Assembly: GCF_004353825.1 (NCBI RefSeq)
Contig: NZ_SMNA01000013.1
Span: 124,001-154,080 of the forward strand
Direction: 5' to 3'
Origin: Occultella glacieicola
GTDB taxonomy: Bacteria; Actinomycetota; Actinomycetes; Actinomycetales; Beutenbergiaceae
DNA: 30,080 nt
Shown here: positions 8,647-17,793 of the stretch, piece after piece
Numbering within the stretch: the stretch's first letter is position 1
Layout: each line of letters opens with the position of its first letter
Made by a program: the position numbers and the translations under genes
The notes under the pieces: generated by a model
Seen by the model: the letters and a program-made list of their open reading frames with translations, nothing else
The model's database searches: none
What the model was told of the DNA's origin: nothing

Positions 8647-11165
8647 GCTCGGACCGGGCTCGGGTCGGCGAACTCGAGGGCGGTGACCCCGCGCACGCCA
8701 CCGTCGATGGCGACGTCGACCCGGGCCCGGATGTCCGCGACCGAGCGGCCCACATGGACCCGGTAGGTCCCGCCGACGCGCCTCCACCCGGGCGCCTCGG
8801 GCGCCCACCGCTCCAGGGCGCGTGCCGGCACCGGCACGTCCACCGCGGCCCCGGCCCCAGCCGCGACTTCGACCGTCGCGAAGGCGGCCAGCCGCAGCAT
8901 CCCCGGATCACCGGGCCGCTCGAGGTAGACCTGGACCACCTCGCGCCCGTCCCGACCACCGACATTGGTGACGTCCACGGCCACCGACAGTCCGCCGTCG
9001 GGCCCGGAGGCGACGGTGACACCGCCGTAGGCGAAGTCGGTCCAGCCGAGGCCGTGCCCGAACGGGAGCGCCGGGGTGCGGTCAAGGCGCTGCCAGCCGA
9101 GATAGCCCACGTCCGTGCCCTCGCGGTAGTCGATCACGCCGTCGACGGGGATGCCGTCCGGCACCGGGACGTCGGCGGCGTCCGCGGGTAGCGTCCACGG
9201 CAGCCGGCCGGCCGGCTCGGAGCGACCCAGCAGCACGTCGGCCAGGGCGTGCCCGAACTCCTGCCCGGGCAGCCAGGCCCAGAGCACCGTGTCGACCTCG
9301 GCCAGCCACGGCATCAGCACCGGGGCGCCGGCGTTGACCACGACCACGGTGCGGGGGTTCGCGGCCGCGACCCGGTGGACCAGCTCGTCCTGCCGGCCGG
9401 GCAGCGCGAGCGAGGCCCGGTCCCAGCCCTCGCTCTCCACCTCGGCGTTCGTGCCGACCACCACGACCGCGACGTCCGACCGGGCGGCCAGGGCCACGGC
9501 GGTCTCGATCTCGGCGTCGGCGTCCGGGCCGGGCCGGGCGTGCCGCAGGGTGGCACTGATGAGCCGCCCGTACTGGCCGGTGTCCACGACGTGCAGCCGC
9601 AGTTCGACCTCGATGTCACGCGACCCCTCGACCGCGACCGGCACCCTCACGCCCTCGGGGGCGTTCACCGACGAGTTCAGCACCGCCCGGGCGCCGTCGT
9701 CGTCTCGGACGCTGGCCACGAGCTCGCCGTCGACGAGCACGTCGTGGTAGCCGATCGCGCCGAGCTCCAGTTCGTGGCTGCCGTCACCGGTCAGGTGGAC
9801 GATCGTGCGGAGCACGAGGCCGGCGGTCCGCTCCGGGAAGCCGTGGTGCCAGGTCCAGTCGGTGCGGAGCTGCGACTCCTGCGCCAGGACGGTGCCGGCC
9901 GCGTCGTGGGCGCTCAGCCGTACGCCGGGCGCGCCGGTGACCGGGTCCGTGGTCAGGTCCGCCTCGAGCATCGGCGCGTGGTCGAGCACGCCGCCACCAC
10001 GGGCGAAGCGGACGACGGCGCCGGTGCCGTCGAGCGCGTCGGTGAGGCCCTCGAGGGGGCTCACCTCGCGCTCCACGCGTACCTTCGCGCTGCCGCCGCC
10101 CTGGACGTACGGCTCGGCGGCGTTGGCGCCGATGAGCGCGACCGCGGTGGTGGCGCTCAGGTTGGGAGCCCCCGCGTCGAGCGGCCAGGCCGCGCCTCGG
10201 CGCAGCACCACCGTGGCGCGCGCGGCCAGGTCGCGGGCGACCACCCGGCCCTCCTCGACCAGGTGCGCCGGGATCGGCGGGCGACCCACGCCGTCGAGCT
10301 TGCCGACCCGGGCGGCCAGGCGCAGCAGCCGGACCACCTTGTCGTCGATGAGCGACTCGGACACCTCGCCGGCCTCGACCGCCGCCACGAGTGCCTCGTG
10401 CCACGGCCCGTGCGGGCCGGGCATGACCAGGTCCATGCCGGCGTTCGCCGTCGGGGCGGTCGTCCGGGCCGCGGCCCAGTCGCTGACCACGAGCCCGTCG
10501 TAGCCCCACTCCTGCTTCAGCAGACCGGTCAGGAGCCCCCGGTGCTCGCCGGCCGGCGCCGCCTCGACGCCGTCGTCGAGACCGTTGTAGGCGGACATCA
10601 CCGTCCACGCACCGGCCTCGATCACGCCGCGGTGGAACGGCGGCAGGTAGACCTCGCGCAGGGCGACCTCGTCCACCCGGGCGGTGTAGGTGGTGCGGTC
10701 GGTCTCGGAGTCGTTCGCCACGAAGTGCTTCGCGCATGCGGCCACGCCAAGGCCCTGCATGGCGGCGATCACGGCGGCGCCGACCTCCGCCGTCAGGTGG
10801 GGGTCCTCGCTGTGGTTCTCGAAGTGCCGCCCGCCGACCGGGGTGCGTTGCAGGTTCAGCACCGGGGCCAGGACCACGTCCACGCCGCGGCGCCGGGCCG
10901 CGGCCGCGAAGAACCGGCCGATCCGCGCCGCCTGCTCGGTGTCCCAGGTCGCCGCGAGGGCGCTCGGGGCCGGGAGCGAGGTCGAGGTGCCGGCACCGAT
11001 GCCGCGTACTCCGGCCGGGCCGTCGGACATCACCACCTCGGCGAGCCCGATGCCCGGGTGGGCATGGGTGGACCAGGCGGTCGCACCTGTGAGCAGGGTG
11101 ACCTTCTCGGTCAGGGTCAGCGAGGCCACCCGGGTGCGGAGGTCGTCGGTGGGCAGGGAGGTCAT
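8643..11165 (-). CDS. Glycoside hydrolase family 3 beta-glucosidase-like enzyme (probable PA14-like insert and C-terminal Fn3-like domain)
   Basis: SDGPAGVRG, GGRHFENHSEDP, KHFVAND, LREVYLPPF, MSAYN, nucleophile VVSDW, ESEGWDR, PFGHGL, GREVVQVY. Confidence 0.95.
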   Translation of the reverse strand: MTSLPTDDLRTRVASLTLTEKVTLLTGATAWSTHAHPGIGLAEVVMSDGPAGVRGIGAGTSTSLPAPSALAATWDTEQAARIGRFFAAAARRRGVDVVLAPVLNLQRTPVGGRHFENHSEDPHLTAEVGAAVIAAMQGLGVAACAKHFVANDSETDRTTYTARVDEVALREVYLPPFHRGVIEAGAWTVMSAYNGLDDGVEAAPAGEHRGLLTGLLKQEWGYDGLVVSDWAAARTTAPTANAGMDLVMPGPHGPWHEALVAAVEAGEVSESLIDDKVVRLLRLAARVGKLDGVGRPPIPAHLVEEGRVVARDLAARATVVLRRGAAWPLDAGAPNLSATTAVALIGANAAEPYVQGGGSAKVRVEREVSPLEGLTDALDGTGAVVRFARGGGVLDHAPMLEADLTTDPVTGAPGVRLSAHDAAGTVLAQESQLRTDWTWHHGFPERTAGLVLRTIVHLTGDGSHELELGAIGYHDVLVDGELVASVRDDDGARAVLNSSVNAPEGVRVPVAVEGSRDIEVELRLHVVDTGQYGRLISATLRHARPGPDADAEIETAVALAARSDVAVVVVGTNAEVESEGWDRASLALPGRQDELVHRVAAANPRTVVVVNAGAPVLMPWLAEVDTVLWAWLPGQEFGHALADVLLGRSEPAGRLPWTLPADAADVPVPDGIPVDGVIDYREGTDVGYLGWQRLDRTPALPFGHGLGWTDFAYGGVTVASGPDGGLSVAVDVTNVGGRDGREVVQVYLERPGDPGMLRLAAFATVEVAAGAGAAVDVPVPARALERWAPEAPGWRRVGGTYRVHVGRSVADIRARVDVAIDGGVRGVTALEFADPSPVRA

Positions 11166-11239
11166 CGAGATCCGATCGTTGCTACGGGAAGGTTTCGAGT
11201 GGTCCGGGAGAGCCGGGGAAGTCGTCTACAGTCGCCGAC

Positions 11240-11917
11240 ATGGGAACCGATCCGGACGTGGCGGCGTCCTCCGCGTCCACCGCGGCCGCGGCGGTTGCGG
11301 CGGACCGGAGGGCGGACGGCGTGCAGAAGCAGCGCACCCGGCGCCGCCGGCAGGAGATCCTCGAGGTGGCCTCGCAAACGTTCGCCACCCGGGGCTTCTA
11401 CAACGCGTCTCTGGCCGAGATCGCCGAGGAGGTCGGCATCTCCGCGGCCGGGATCCTGCACCACTTCAAGACCAAGGACCAGCTCCTCACCGAGTTGCTG
11501 CACCACCGGGACATGGCGGACATCGAGGAGGCCGGCCACGGCCGGGGCCTGCACGGCCTGGAGTTCCTCCACCACCTCGTGGACACCGCAGCCCGCAACT
11601 CCACCCGGCCCGGCATCACCCAGCTGTACACGGTGCTTTCGGCGGAGTCGGTGACCACGGACCACCCGGCGCAGGCGTGGTTCCGGGACCGCTACGACGG
11701 GCTGCGCGCCATGGTCACCGAGGCGCTCACCGAGGCCCGGGACATCGGCGAGCTGCGCGGGGACGCGGACATCGCCGAGACCGCCACGGCGATCATCGCG
11801 GTGATGGACGGACTGCAGATCCAATGGTTGCTCGCTCCCGAGACGGTGGACATGGAGGCAGTGACCAGGCGGACGATCGAGGCGTTGATCGACGCACTGG
11901 TCCCGGAGGAGGACTGA
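11240..11917 (+). CDS. TetR/AcrR family regulator of the glycoside locus
   Basis: HTH FATRGFYNASLAEIAEEVGISAAGILHHFKTK; C-terminal AVMDGLQIQWL; divergent from the GH3 gene. Confidence 0.92.
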   Translation: MGTDPDVAASSASTAAAAVAADRRADGVQKQRTRRRRQEILEVASQTFATRGFYNASLAEIAEEVGISAAGILHHFKTKDQLLTELLHHRDMADIEEAGHGRGLHGLEFLHHLVDTAARNSTRPGITQLYTVLSAESVTTDHPAQAWFRDRYDGLRAMVTEALTEARDIGELRGDADIAETATAIIAVMDGLQIQWLLAPETVDMEAVTRRTIEALIDALVPEED

Positions 11918-11920
11918 GGC

Positions 11921-12859
11921 TCAGCCCTTGATCGCGCCGGTGAGCACGCCCTTCGTGAAGTACCGCTGCGCGAACGGGTAGAGCAGCAGGATCGGGATCG
12001 TGGCCACCACGATCACCGCCATCTGCAGCGTCTGCCCCGGTGGGGGTGGCTGGTCGGGCGCCTGGATCGAGGTCAGTGCCGAGCCCTGCACCACGTACTG
12101 GTTCAGGACCACCTGGATCGGCCACTTCGTGGTGTCGTTCAGGTAGATCATCGCGTTGAAGAACGCGTTCCAGTACCCGACCGCGTAGAACAGCGCGATC
12201 ACCGCGAGCACCGCCTTGGACAGCGGCAGCACGATCTGGGTGAAGATCCGCAGGTCGCTGGCGCCGTCGAGACGGGCCGACTCCAGAAGCTCCGAGGGCA
12301 GGCCCATGAAGAAGTTCCGGACCACCACCATGTTGAACGCCGAGATCAGCCCCGGGATGATCAGCGACCAGTACGTGTCCAGCATCCCCAGGGAGCGCAC
12401 CAGTAGGTAGTTCGGGATGATCCCGGCCCCGAACAGCATCGTGCACAGCACCAGGACGAGCACGAACTTCGCGCCGGGCACGTCCCGGGTGCGCATCAGC
12501 CCGTAGGCGAGGGTGGTCGTGAAGATCATCGACAGCGTGGTCCCCACGGCCGTGATGCCGATCGAGACGAGCATGGCCCGGGTGACCACGTCCCCGCCGA
12601 GGATCGAGCGGTAGGCGTCCAGGGAGAACGACGTCGGGAACAGGCCACCGGACGCGGCCGCCTCGCGGGAGGCGAAGCTCATCGCGATGACGTACACGAA
12701 CGGATACAGCATCACCAGCACGATGAACGCGATCGTGAGCGCCTTGGCCGCCTGGACGGGCTTCGACGGGACGCCCATCCAGACCGGCCGGCCGGGGTGC
12801 CGGGGCCGCCGGTCCGCGGTCTCGCCCGTGGGGGCTGCGGTGGGGAGCAGGGCCGCCAT
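11921..12859 (-). CDS. Carbohydrate ABC transporter permease (MalG/LplC-like)
   Basis: EAA loop PSELLESARLDGAS, VGYWNAFF, YPFAQRYFTKG...GAIKG; ATG at 12859 overlaps the upstream stop (TGATG). Confidence 0.93.
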   Translation of the reverse strand: MAALLPTAAPTGETADRRPRHPGRPVWMGVPSKPVQAAKALTIAFIVLVMLYPFVYVIAMSFASREAAASGGLFPTSFSLDAYRSILGGDVVTRAMLVSIGITAVGTTLSMIFTTTLAYGLMRTRDVPGAKFVLVLVLCTMLFGAGIIPNYLLVRSLGMLDTYWSLIIPGLISAFNMVVVRNFFMGLPSELLESARLDGASDLRIFTQIVLPLSKAVLAVIALFYAVGYWNAFFNAMIYLNDTTKWPIQVVLNQYVVQGSALTSIQAPDQPPPPGQTLQMAVIVVATIPILLLYPFAQRYFTKGVLTGAIKG

Positions 12860-13929
12860 CAGAACAGTCCTTCCGTGCCGAGTCGCTTGGCGAACTTGTT
12901 GGCGGCGATCACCAGGATGGTGCCGATCACGCCCTTGAACAGGCCGGCCGCGGTGGACAGGCCCCAGTCCCCGCCGGCGATGCCGCGGTAGTAGACGAAG
13001 GTGTCCAGCACCTCGGCGGCGGCAGACCCGACGGCCGGCTGCTGCAGGAGCAGCTGCTCGAAGCCGACGGTGAGGACGTTCCCGATGGTCAGGATCAGCA
13101 GCAGCGTGATCACCGGCACCAGCCCGGGCAGGGTCACGTGCCAGGTGCGCCGCATCGAGCCGGCACCGTCGACCGCGGCGGCCTCGTAGAGCTCGTTCGG
13201 GATCGCGGTGATGGCGGCGAAGAAGATGATCGTGCCCCAGCCGATGTCCTTCCAGACCACCTGGGAGACCACCAGGGCCTTGAACGTCTCGGGGTCGGAC
13301 ATGATGTTGACGCCGTCGATGCCGATGGTGGCGAACAGTTCGGCCACCGGGCCGGCCCCGCCCAGGACCTGCTGCCAGATCGCGATGACGATCACCCAGG
13401 AGATGAAGTGGGGCAGGTACACGATGGACTGCACCACCCGCTTGATCCGCTCCGAGATGAGTGAGTTCAGCAGCAGCGCGAGCAGGATCGGGGCCGGGAA
13501 CGCGAACACGATCTGCAGGAACGAGATCACCAGGGTGTTCGTCAGCGCCCGCAGGAACTGCGGGTCGTTGAACATCGCGGCGAAGTTCTGCAGGCCCACC
13601 CATTCGGAGCCGCCGATGCCCCAGTAGGGGGAGTAGTCCTGGAACGCGACCACGTTCCCGGCGAGCGGCAGGTAGGCGAAGAGCAGGAAGAACAGCAGGC
13701 CCGGCACGATGAACAGGTAGGTGGCCCGTTCGCGCTTCATCCGCGTCCACACCGAGGCCCGCCCGCGGGCGTCGCGGCCGCGGGTGCGCCCACTCGGGCC
13801 GCCGGTGCGCTTGCTCGGCGCCTCGGGCGACCCGTCCGTCCCGCGGCCGCCGGCGCGTCCCGGCCCCGCCGCCCCGGTGGCTCCTCCCGGCGGGTCGGTG
13901 GCCGATGTGGTCCGTGCGCTGATCGACAC
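12859..13929 (-). CDS. Carbohydrate ABC transporter permease (MalF/LplB-like)
   Basis: WVGLQNF, YLPHFISWV, WKDIGWGTII, EAA loop ELYEAAAVDGAG. The GTG at 13929, just after the binding-protein stop, is the preferred but uncertain start. Confidence 0.92.
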   Translation of the reverse strand: MSISARTTSATDPPGGATGAAGPGRAGGRGTDGSPEAPSKRTGGPSGRTRGRDARGRASVWTRMKRERATYLFIVPGLLFFLLFAYLPLAGNVVAFQDYSPYWGIGGSEWVGLQNFAAMFNDPQFLRALTNTLVISFLQIVFAFPAPILLALLLNSLISERIKRVVQSIVYLPHFISWVIVIAIWQQVLGGAGPVAELFATIGIDGVNIMSDPETFKALVVSQVVWKDIGWGTIIFFAAITAIPNELYEAAAVDGAGSMRRTWHVTLPGLVPVITLLLILTIGNVLTVGFEQLLLQQPAVGSAAAEVLDTFVYYRGIAGGDWGLSTAAGLFKGVIGTILVIAANKFAKRLGTEGLF

Positions 13930-13933
13930 GGGC

Positions 13934-15625
13934 TCAGGCCTCGTCGAGCGCGGCCTGGTAGGCGTCGCGGACCGCGTCGCCACCGGCGGCGCGCCAGGCC
14001 TCGCGGTACTCCTCGATCGCGCTCAGATCCATCCGACCGGAGGCGATCCCGCCGCGGTAGTCGGTGTCCACCTCGGACATCCGGGCGCCGTTCTCCACGG
14101 CAGCCTCGTTGTAGATCCCGACGACGGGGCTCGGCACGGTCGCAGCGGTCAGGACCTCGACGCACTCGCGGAAGTTGTCGACGAACTCGAGCGCATTCGC
14201 CGGGATGTTGAAGGACGGCGACTTGAACGCGCCCAACCACTGCAGCGCCGCCCGGTCCGCGTTGGCGGTCTCGTCATCGAGACTGACGATCTCGTTGTCC
14301 GGGCCGAACTCGTAGTTGTAGCCCTCCACGCCGGTGTGGATGAACAGGGCTTCCGTGCTGCCGTCCGGGGCGCGCCAGTAGTTGATGACGTTCAGCAGTT
14401 CGGTGAGTCGCTCCGGGTCCTGCGCGGCCTTCGCCGAGATCGCGACCATGCCCCAGTACCCGTCGTTGCGCTGGATCAGCAGGTCGCCGCCGTCGAACGC
14501 CGGAGGCACGAACAGGCCGGGTGCGGCTCCCGGCGTGATGTCCACGGTGTCCCGGAAGATCCCGGCGCCGAAGAAGCCGTTGAAGGAGTCCACGGTGAGC
14601 GCCACCTGGCCGTTCGTGAACAGCTCGGCGGCCTGGTTGCCCTGGGTCGCCAGCGCCAGGGCGTCCGGGTGGTAGACCCCGGCGTTCCACAGGCTGTTGT
14701 GGAACGTGAGCACGTCGGCGTAGGCGTCGGTCTCGATGATGTTGACGACCTTGCCGGCGTCGTCGACCTGCCAGGTGGTGCCGGCCCGGAACATCCACTC
14801 GACGTAGGACTGGGCCTTGCCGTCGAAGGCCGCGATGCCCCAGTGCTGCTTGCCGTTGACGGACCCGAGGGCGGCGATGTCGCTCATCATCTGCAGGTAG
14901 CCGTCGGCGTCGCCGGGAATCGCGTCGTATCCGGCCGCGGCCATGAGGTCGTAGCGGATGGCCGGGAAGTTCGTGAGGTAGGGGTCCTCGTTCGGGACGC
15001 CGAAGAGGTGCCCGTTCTTCGCGGAGGCCGACCAGGCGTTGGTGGCGACGTTCGCGAGGTTGGGCCACTGCAGGATCCCGTCGCCGGCGAGCACCTCGGA
15101 CAGGTCGGCGAACACGCCGTCGTTGATCGCCTGGGCGGCCACGGCGTTCGTGTCCTGCACGAAGGACAGGTCCGGGATCTCCCCGGAGGCGATCGTGGTC
15201 GCCATCTTCTCGTTGTAGGTGTCGAACGCCACCAGGGTCGGCTTGAACTCGCCACCGAGGCGCTCATTCAAGCTGACCCAGTACTCGTTGGCCGGGACGT
15301 CCTGCGGCGGGGCCCCCCACAGCACCTGGAACGTGCTGACCTCACCACCGGACAGCGGCGGGGAGTCCACCGAGTCGGTGTACTCGGCGATCGGCTGGGT
15401 GTAGATGGCGGGCATCCCCTCCACCTCGCTGACCAGGCCGCCGGGGATCTCCGGTGGCGCCACGTAGGTGGGCAGTTCCAGCTCGACGGACTCGCTGAGG
15501 TCCGGGCGCTGGCCACCACTCCCGCCGGACGAGCACGACGCCAGGGCGACCCCGGCGGTGGTGGCACCGGCGACGGTGAGGAACCCGCGGCGGGTCAGGG
15601 GGACGTTGATTCGGGCTTGCGACAT
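13934..15625 (-). CDS. Carbohydrate ABC transporter substrate-binding lipoprotein, Tat-exported (LplA-like)
   Basis: Twin-arginine TRRGFL, lipobox LASC, IASGEIPD; AAGGAG RBS upstream; heads the permease operon. Confidence 0.92.
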   Translation of the reverse strand: MSQARINVPLTRRGFLTVAGATTAGVALASCSSGGSGGQRPDLSESVELELPTYVAPPEIPGGLVSEVEGMPAIYTQPIAEYTDSVDSPPLSGGEVSTFQVLWGAPPQDVPANEYWVSLNERLGGEFKPTLVAFDTYNEKMATTIASGEIPDLSFVQDTNAVAAQAINDGVFADLSEVLAGDGILQWPNLANVATNAWSASAKNGHLFGVPNEDPYLTNFPAIRYDLMAAAGYDAIPGDADGYLQMMSDIAALGSVNGKQHWGIAAFDGKAQSYVEWMFRAGTTWQVDDAGKVVNIIETDAYADVLTFHNSLWNAGVYHPDALALATQGNQAAELFTNGQVALTVDSFNGFFGAGIFRDTVDITPGAAPGLFVPPAFDGGDLLIQRNDGYWGMVAISAKAAQDPERLTELLNVINYWRAPDGSTEALFIHTGVEGYNYEFGPDNEIVSLDDETANADRAALQWLGAFKSPSFNIPANALEFVDNFRECVEVLTAATVPSPVVGIYNEAAVENGARMSEVDTDYRGGIASGRMDLSAIEEYREAWRAAGGDAVRDAYQAALDEA

Positions 15626-15694
15626 GGGCGTTCTCCTTGGACGTGGCGACTCTGCCGACGTCCAAGAACGCTAGACCCGAATCCGGATTGTGTC

Positions 15695-15706
15695 TAACAC
15701 TCGTTA
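15695..15706. promoter_or_regulatory. Possible operator upstream of the ABC operon
   Basis: TAAC-ACTC-GTTA inverted repeat in an AT-rich patch about 70 bp upstream of the binding-protein start; short, so weak. Confidence 0.3.
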
Positions 15707-15744
15707 AGTAACATGGTCTGACCTGCGGAAACGTGCCACAAGAG

Positions 15745-17112
15745 CTAGTCGAGGCCCGCTGTGACCGTCATGGCGCCACCCTCGACGGTGACGTCCAGGG
15801 GTGCGCTGACCAGGGTCGAGGTGGCCGGGTGTGCCATCCCCTCGTTCCCGAGGTCCTCGCCGTAGAAGCTGAGGCCGAGCCCGACGAACAGGCGATAGTC
15901 GCCGTCCGCGATGGGGCCGTCCGGATCGCCGGTGCAGGTGGCCGTGAGCGGGTGCCAGGCCGCGCCGGAGATGGTCAGCCGTCCGTCGGCCGCGATCTCG
16001 TAGGGCAGGTCGCCGCCGGCCGTCCAGTACTCGACCACCACGCCGTCGAGATCCGTGATGACGGTCGTGACCTCGCCCATCATGCCGCCGAGGGGTACGT
16101 CGGCCAGGGAGCCGAACTCGAGGTCGAGGGTGACGCCGCGCGAACTGCCGGGACCGGCGTCGGTGTCGGTCGCCGAGGGCAGGTGCGGGCCGGGATCGGT
16201 GCCGACGGTCAGCCACAGGGGGTTCTCCGCCGCCGCCGGGATCATCGCGCCGCACTCCGGGAGGAAGCCCACCGCGCCCGCCCCGTCCGGCGGCTCCGAC
16301 GTCGCCTCGCCCTCCTGCGCGGGGTCCGTGGCCGGGTCCTCGCCGTTCGCCGCGGGCAGCGTGGCCACCCCGCCCGAGATCAGCAGCGGCGGGCCGCCGG
16401 CCAGCCAGGATGCCACCGGGACGTCCGCGCCCGGCGACCCGCCGCCGTCTCCGGTCCCGCCCGGAGCGCCCGGGCCGGGGATGCTCACGGTGTCCGTGGC
16501 GGCCACGTGGTAGAGCCCGTCGGGCATCGGAGCGCCGCGGGCCACGTCGCCCGCGCCGCAGGACACCAGCGAGACGCGCGCGATGACCGATGCGGCGCCG
16601 CCCACGGGCAGGTCGGCGGTCCCGGCGGCCTCCGCGCCGGCGTCGGAGCGCCCGACGCCCACCACCAGCTGCGTGTCCGGGTCGAGCAGCAGGACGTCGG
16701 CGCCCGCCGCCGGCGTCGTGACGTCGGTGTCACCGATGTTCGTGAGGTGGGTGATCAGGTCGATCCGCGGTCCGTCACCGGACGCGACCGTCGGACTGCT
16801 CGCCGCCAACCAGCTGTCGGCCTCGATCACGGCCTGTGGCAGGTCGACGGCGTCCGGTGCGCTCAGTCCGCAGGCGGTGAAGGCGTCGGGCACCGGGCCC
16901 AGGACCCAGTTCGGCCGGCTGTTCTGCCAGGTCAGGACGCCCGCAGCGACCAGCCCGGCCACACAGAGGGTCCCGACCGCCACGGAGCCGGCGCGGCTCA
17001 CGGCGCGGCGGCGGCGGACCCGACGGCGGATCGCGCCCAGATGCTCGGCGAACGGTTCAGGCTCCGGCACGGACTCCCGGGCCGTGCCCGCGAGCAGGTC
17101 GGTGAGGTTCAT
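15745..17112 (-). CDS. Single-pass membrane protein, putative anti-sigma/sensor partner of the adjacent ECF sigma (pair 2)
   Basis: ATG at 17112 overlaps the sigma stop (ATGA); short N-terminus, Arg run RRRVRRRR, one hydrophobic helix, then a large acidic region with two two-Cys repeats. Confidence 0.75.
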   Translation of the reverse strand: MNLTDLLAGTARESVPEPEPFAEHLGAIRRRVRRRRAVSRAGSVAVGTLCVAGLVAAGVLTWQNSRPNWVLGPVPDAFTACGLSAPDAVDLPQAVIEADSWLAASSPTVASGDGPRIDLITHLTNIGDTDVTTPAAGADVLLLDPDTQLVVGVGRSDAGAEAAGTADLPVGGAASVIARVSLVSCGAGDVARGAPMPDGLYHVAATDTVSIPGPGAPGGTGDGGGSPGADVPVASWLAGGPPLLISGGVATLPAANGEDPATDPAQEGEATSEPPDGAGAVGFLPECGAMIPAAAENPLWLTVGTDPGPHLPSATDTDAGPGSSRGVTLDLEFGSLADVPLGGMMGEVTTVITDLDGVVVEYWTAGGDLPYEIAADGRLTISGAAWHPLTATCTGDPDGPIADGDYRLFVGLGLSFYGEDLGNEGMAHPATSTLVSAPLDVTVEGGAMTVTAGLD

Positions 17113-17717
17113 GACGTCGCCTCCCCGGCGGTGGTCGGCACGGGTTCGGCCGGCCGGCGCCCGGGCCGGGGCCCATCGGGGTGCCGCGCCGGTCGGTGCC
17201 CATCTTGGTCGCCCGGCTCGGCCGCCCTGTGCGGCCGGCCCAGCTGCGCGGACAGTGCCGTGTTCGCGTCGCTCAGGTAGCGCTTCACCGTGCCCTGCGC
17301 GATCCCGAGCTCGTCCGCGATCTGCGGCACGGTCAGGTCCACGTAGTACCGCAGCACCACGCACGCGCGCTCGCGCGGGCTCAGGGTGCGCAGTGCGGCG
17401 GTGACGTCGACGCGGACCGACACGACGCCGTCGGGCTCCAAGGACTCCTCGGGCGCCGCGAACAGGTGCCGCACCCGGGCCCACCGCCGGTGCCTGCGGT
17501 AGGCGTCCAGGTAGAGGGTCAGGATCGCCCGCCGCACGTACGCCTCGACGTCCTCGACGTCGCGGTTACGGCGCGAGCCGGCGAAGACTTTGACGAGCGC
17601 GTCCTGGACGAGGTCCTCGGCGCCCCTGCGCTCACCGACCAGGAGGGAGGCGTACCGCAACAGGGCGGTGCCGCGCTCGCGGACCAGTTCGGTCAGGGCA
17701 TCGTCGCCGTCCATCAC
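17109..17717 (-). CDS. ECF (SigE-family) RNA polymerase sigma factor (pair 2)
   Basis: Region 2 AEDLVQDAL...EAYVRRAI, region 4 LSPRERACVVLRYYVDLTVPQIADELGIAQGTVKRYLSDA; start is GTG 17717 or ATG 17714. Confidence 0.93.
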   Translation of the reverse strand: MMDGDDALTELVRERGTALLRYASLLVGERRGAEDLVQDALVKVFAGSRRNRDVEDVEAYVRRAILTLYLDAYRRHRRWARVRHLFAAPEESLEPDGVVSVRVDVTAALRTLSPRERACVVLRYYVDLTVPQIADELGIAQGTVKRYLSDANTALSAQLGRPHRAAEPGDQDGHRPARHPDGPRPGRRPAEPVPTTAGEATS

Positions 17718-17763
17718 CCACCTCGTTGCCGACTCTCGTCACCCGGGTGCTTCTACCCATGAT

Positions 17764-17788
17764 GACGCACCACGGCCCCGATCCGTTG
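17764..17788 (-). promoter_or_regulatory. ECF-type promoter upstream of sigma pair 2
   Basis: Minus strand CAAC-GGATCGGGGCCGTGGTG (17 nt)-CGTC; same boxes and spacing as 19624-19648. Confidence 0.7.
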
Positions 17789-17793
17789 GGGTG

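Noticed and set aside
9249..11654. 801-aa plus-strand ORF antisense to the GH3 gene (likewise 19714..21693, 23969..26200, 13721..15697 and 3694..5079)
   Set aside because: Shadow ORFs opposite well-supported genes; stop-poor because of GC3 bias; no recognisable motifs.
12860..13750. 609-aa fused permease suggested by ORF 11921..13750
   Set aside because: The upstream part is an off-frame reading of the first permease; the real start is the TGATG-coupled ATG at 12859.
17113..17484. Extended N-terminus of the membrane protein (ORF start 17484), suggesting a sigma/anti-sigma frameshift fusion
   Set aside because: Off-frame overlap with the sigma gene; the ATGA-coupled MNL start matches the paralogue, and no slippery site was recognised.
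17718..17760. uORF before sigma 2 analogous to the one before sigma 1
   Set aside because: ATG at 17760 is only 3 nt from the -10 box and out of frame with the sigma, so it is not a parallel arrangement.
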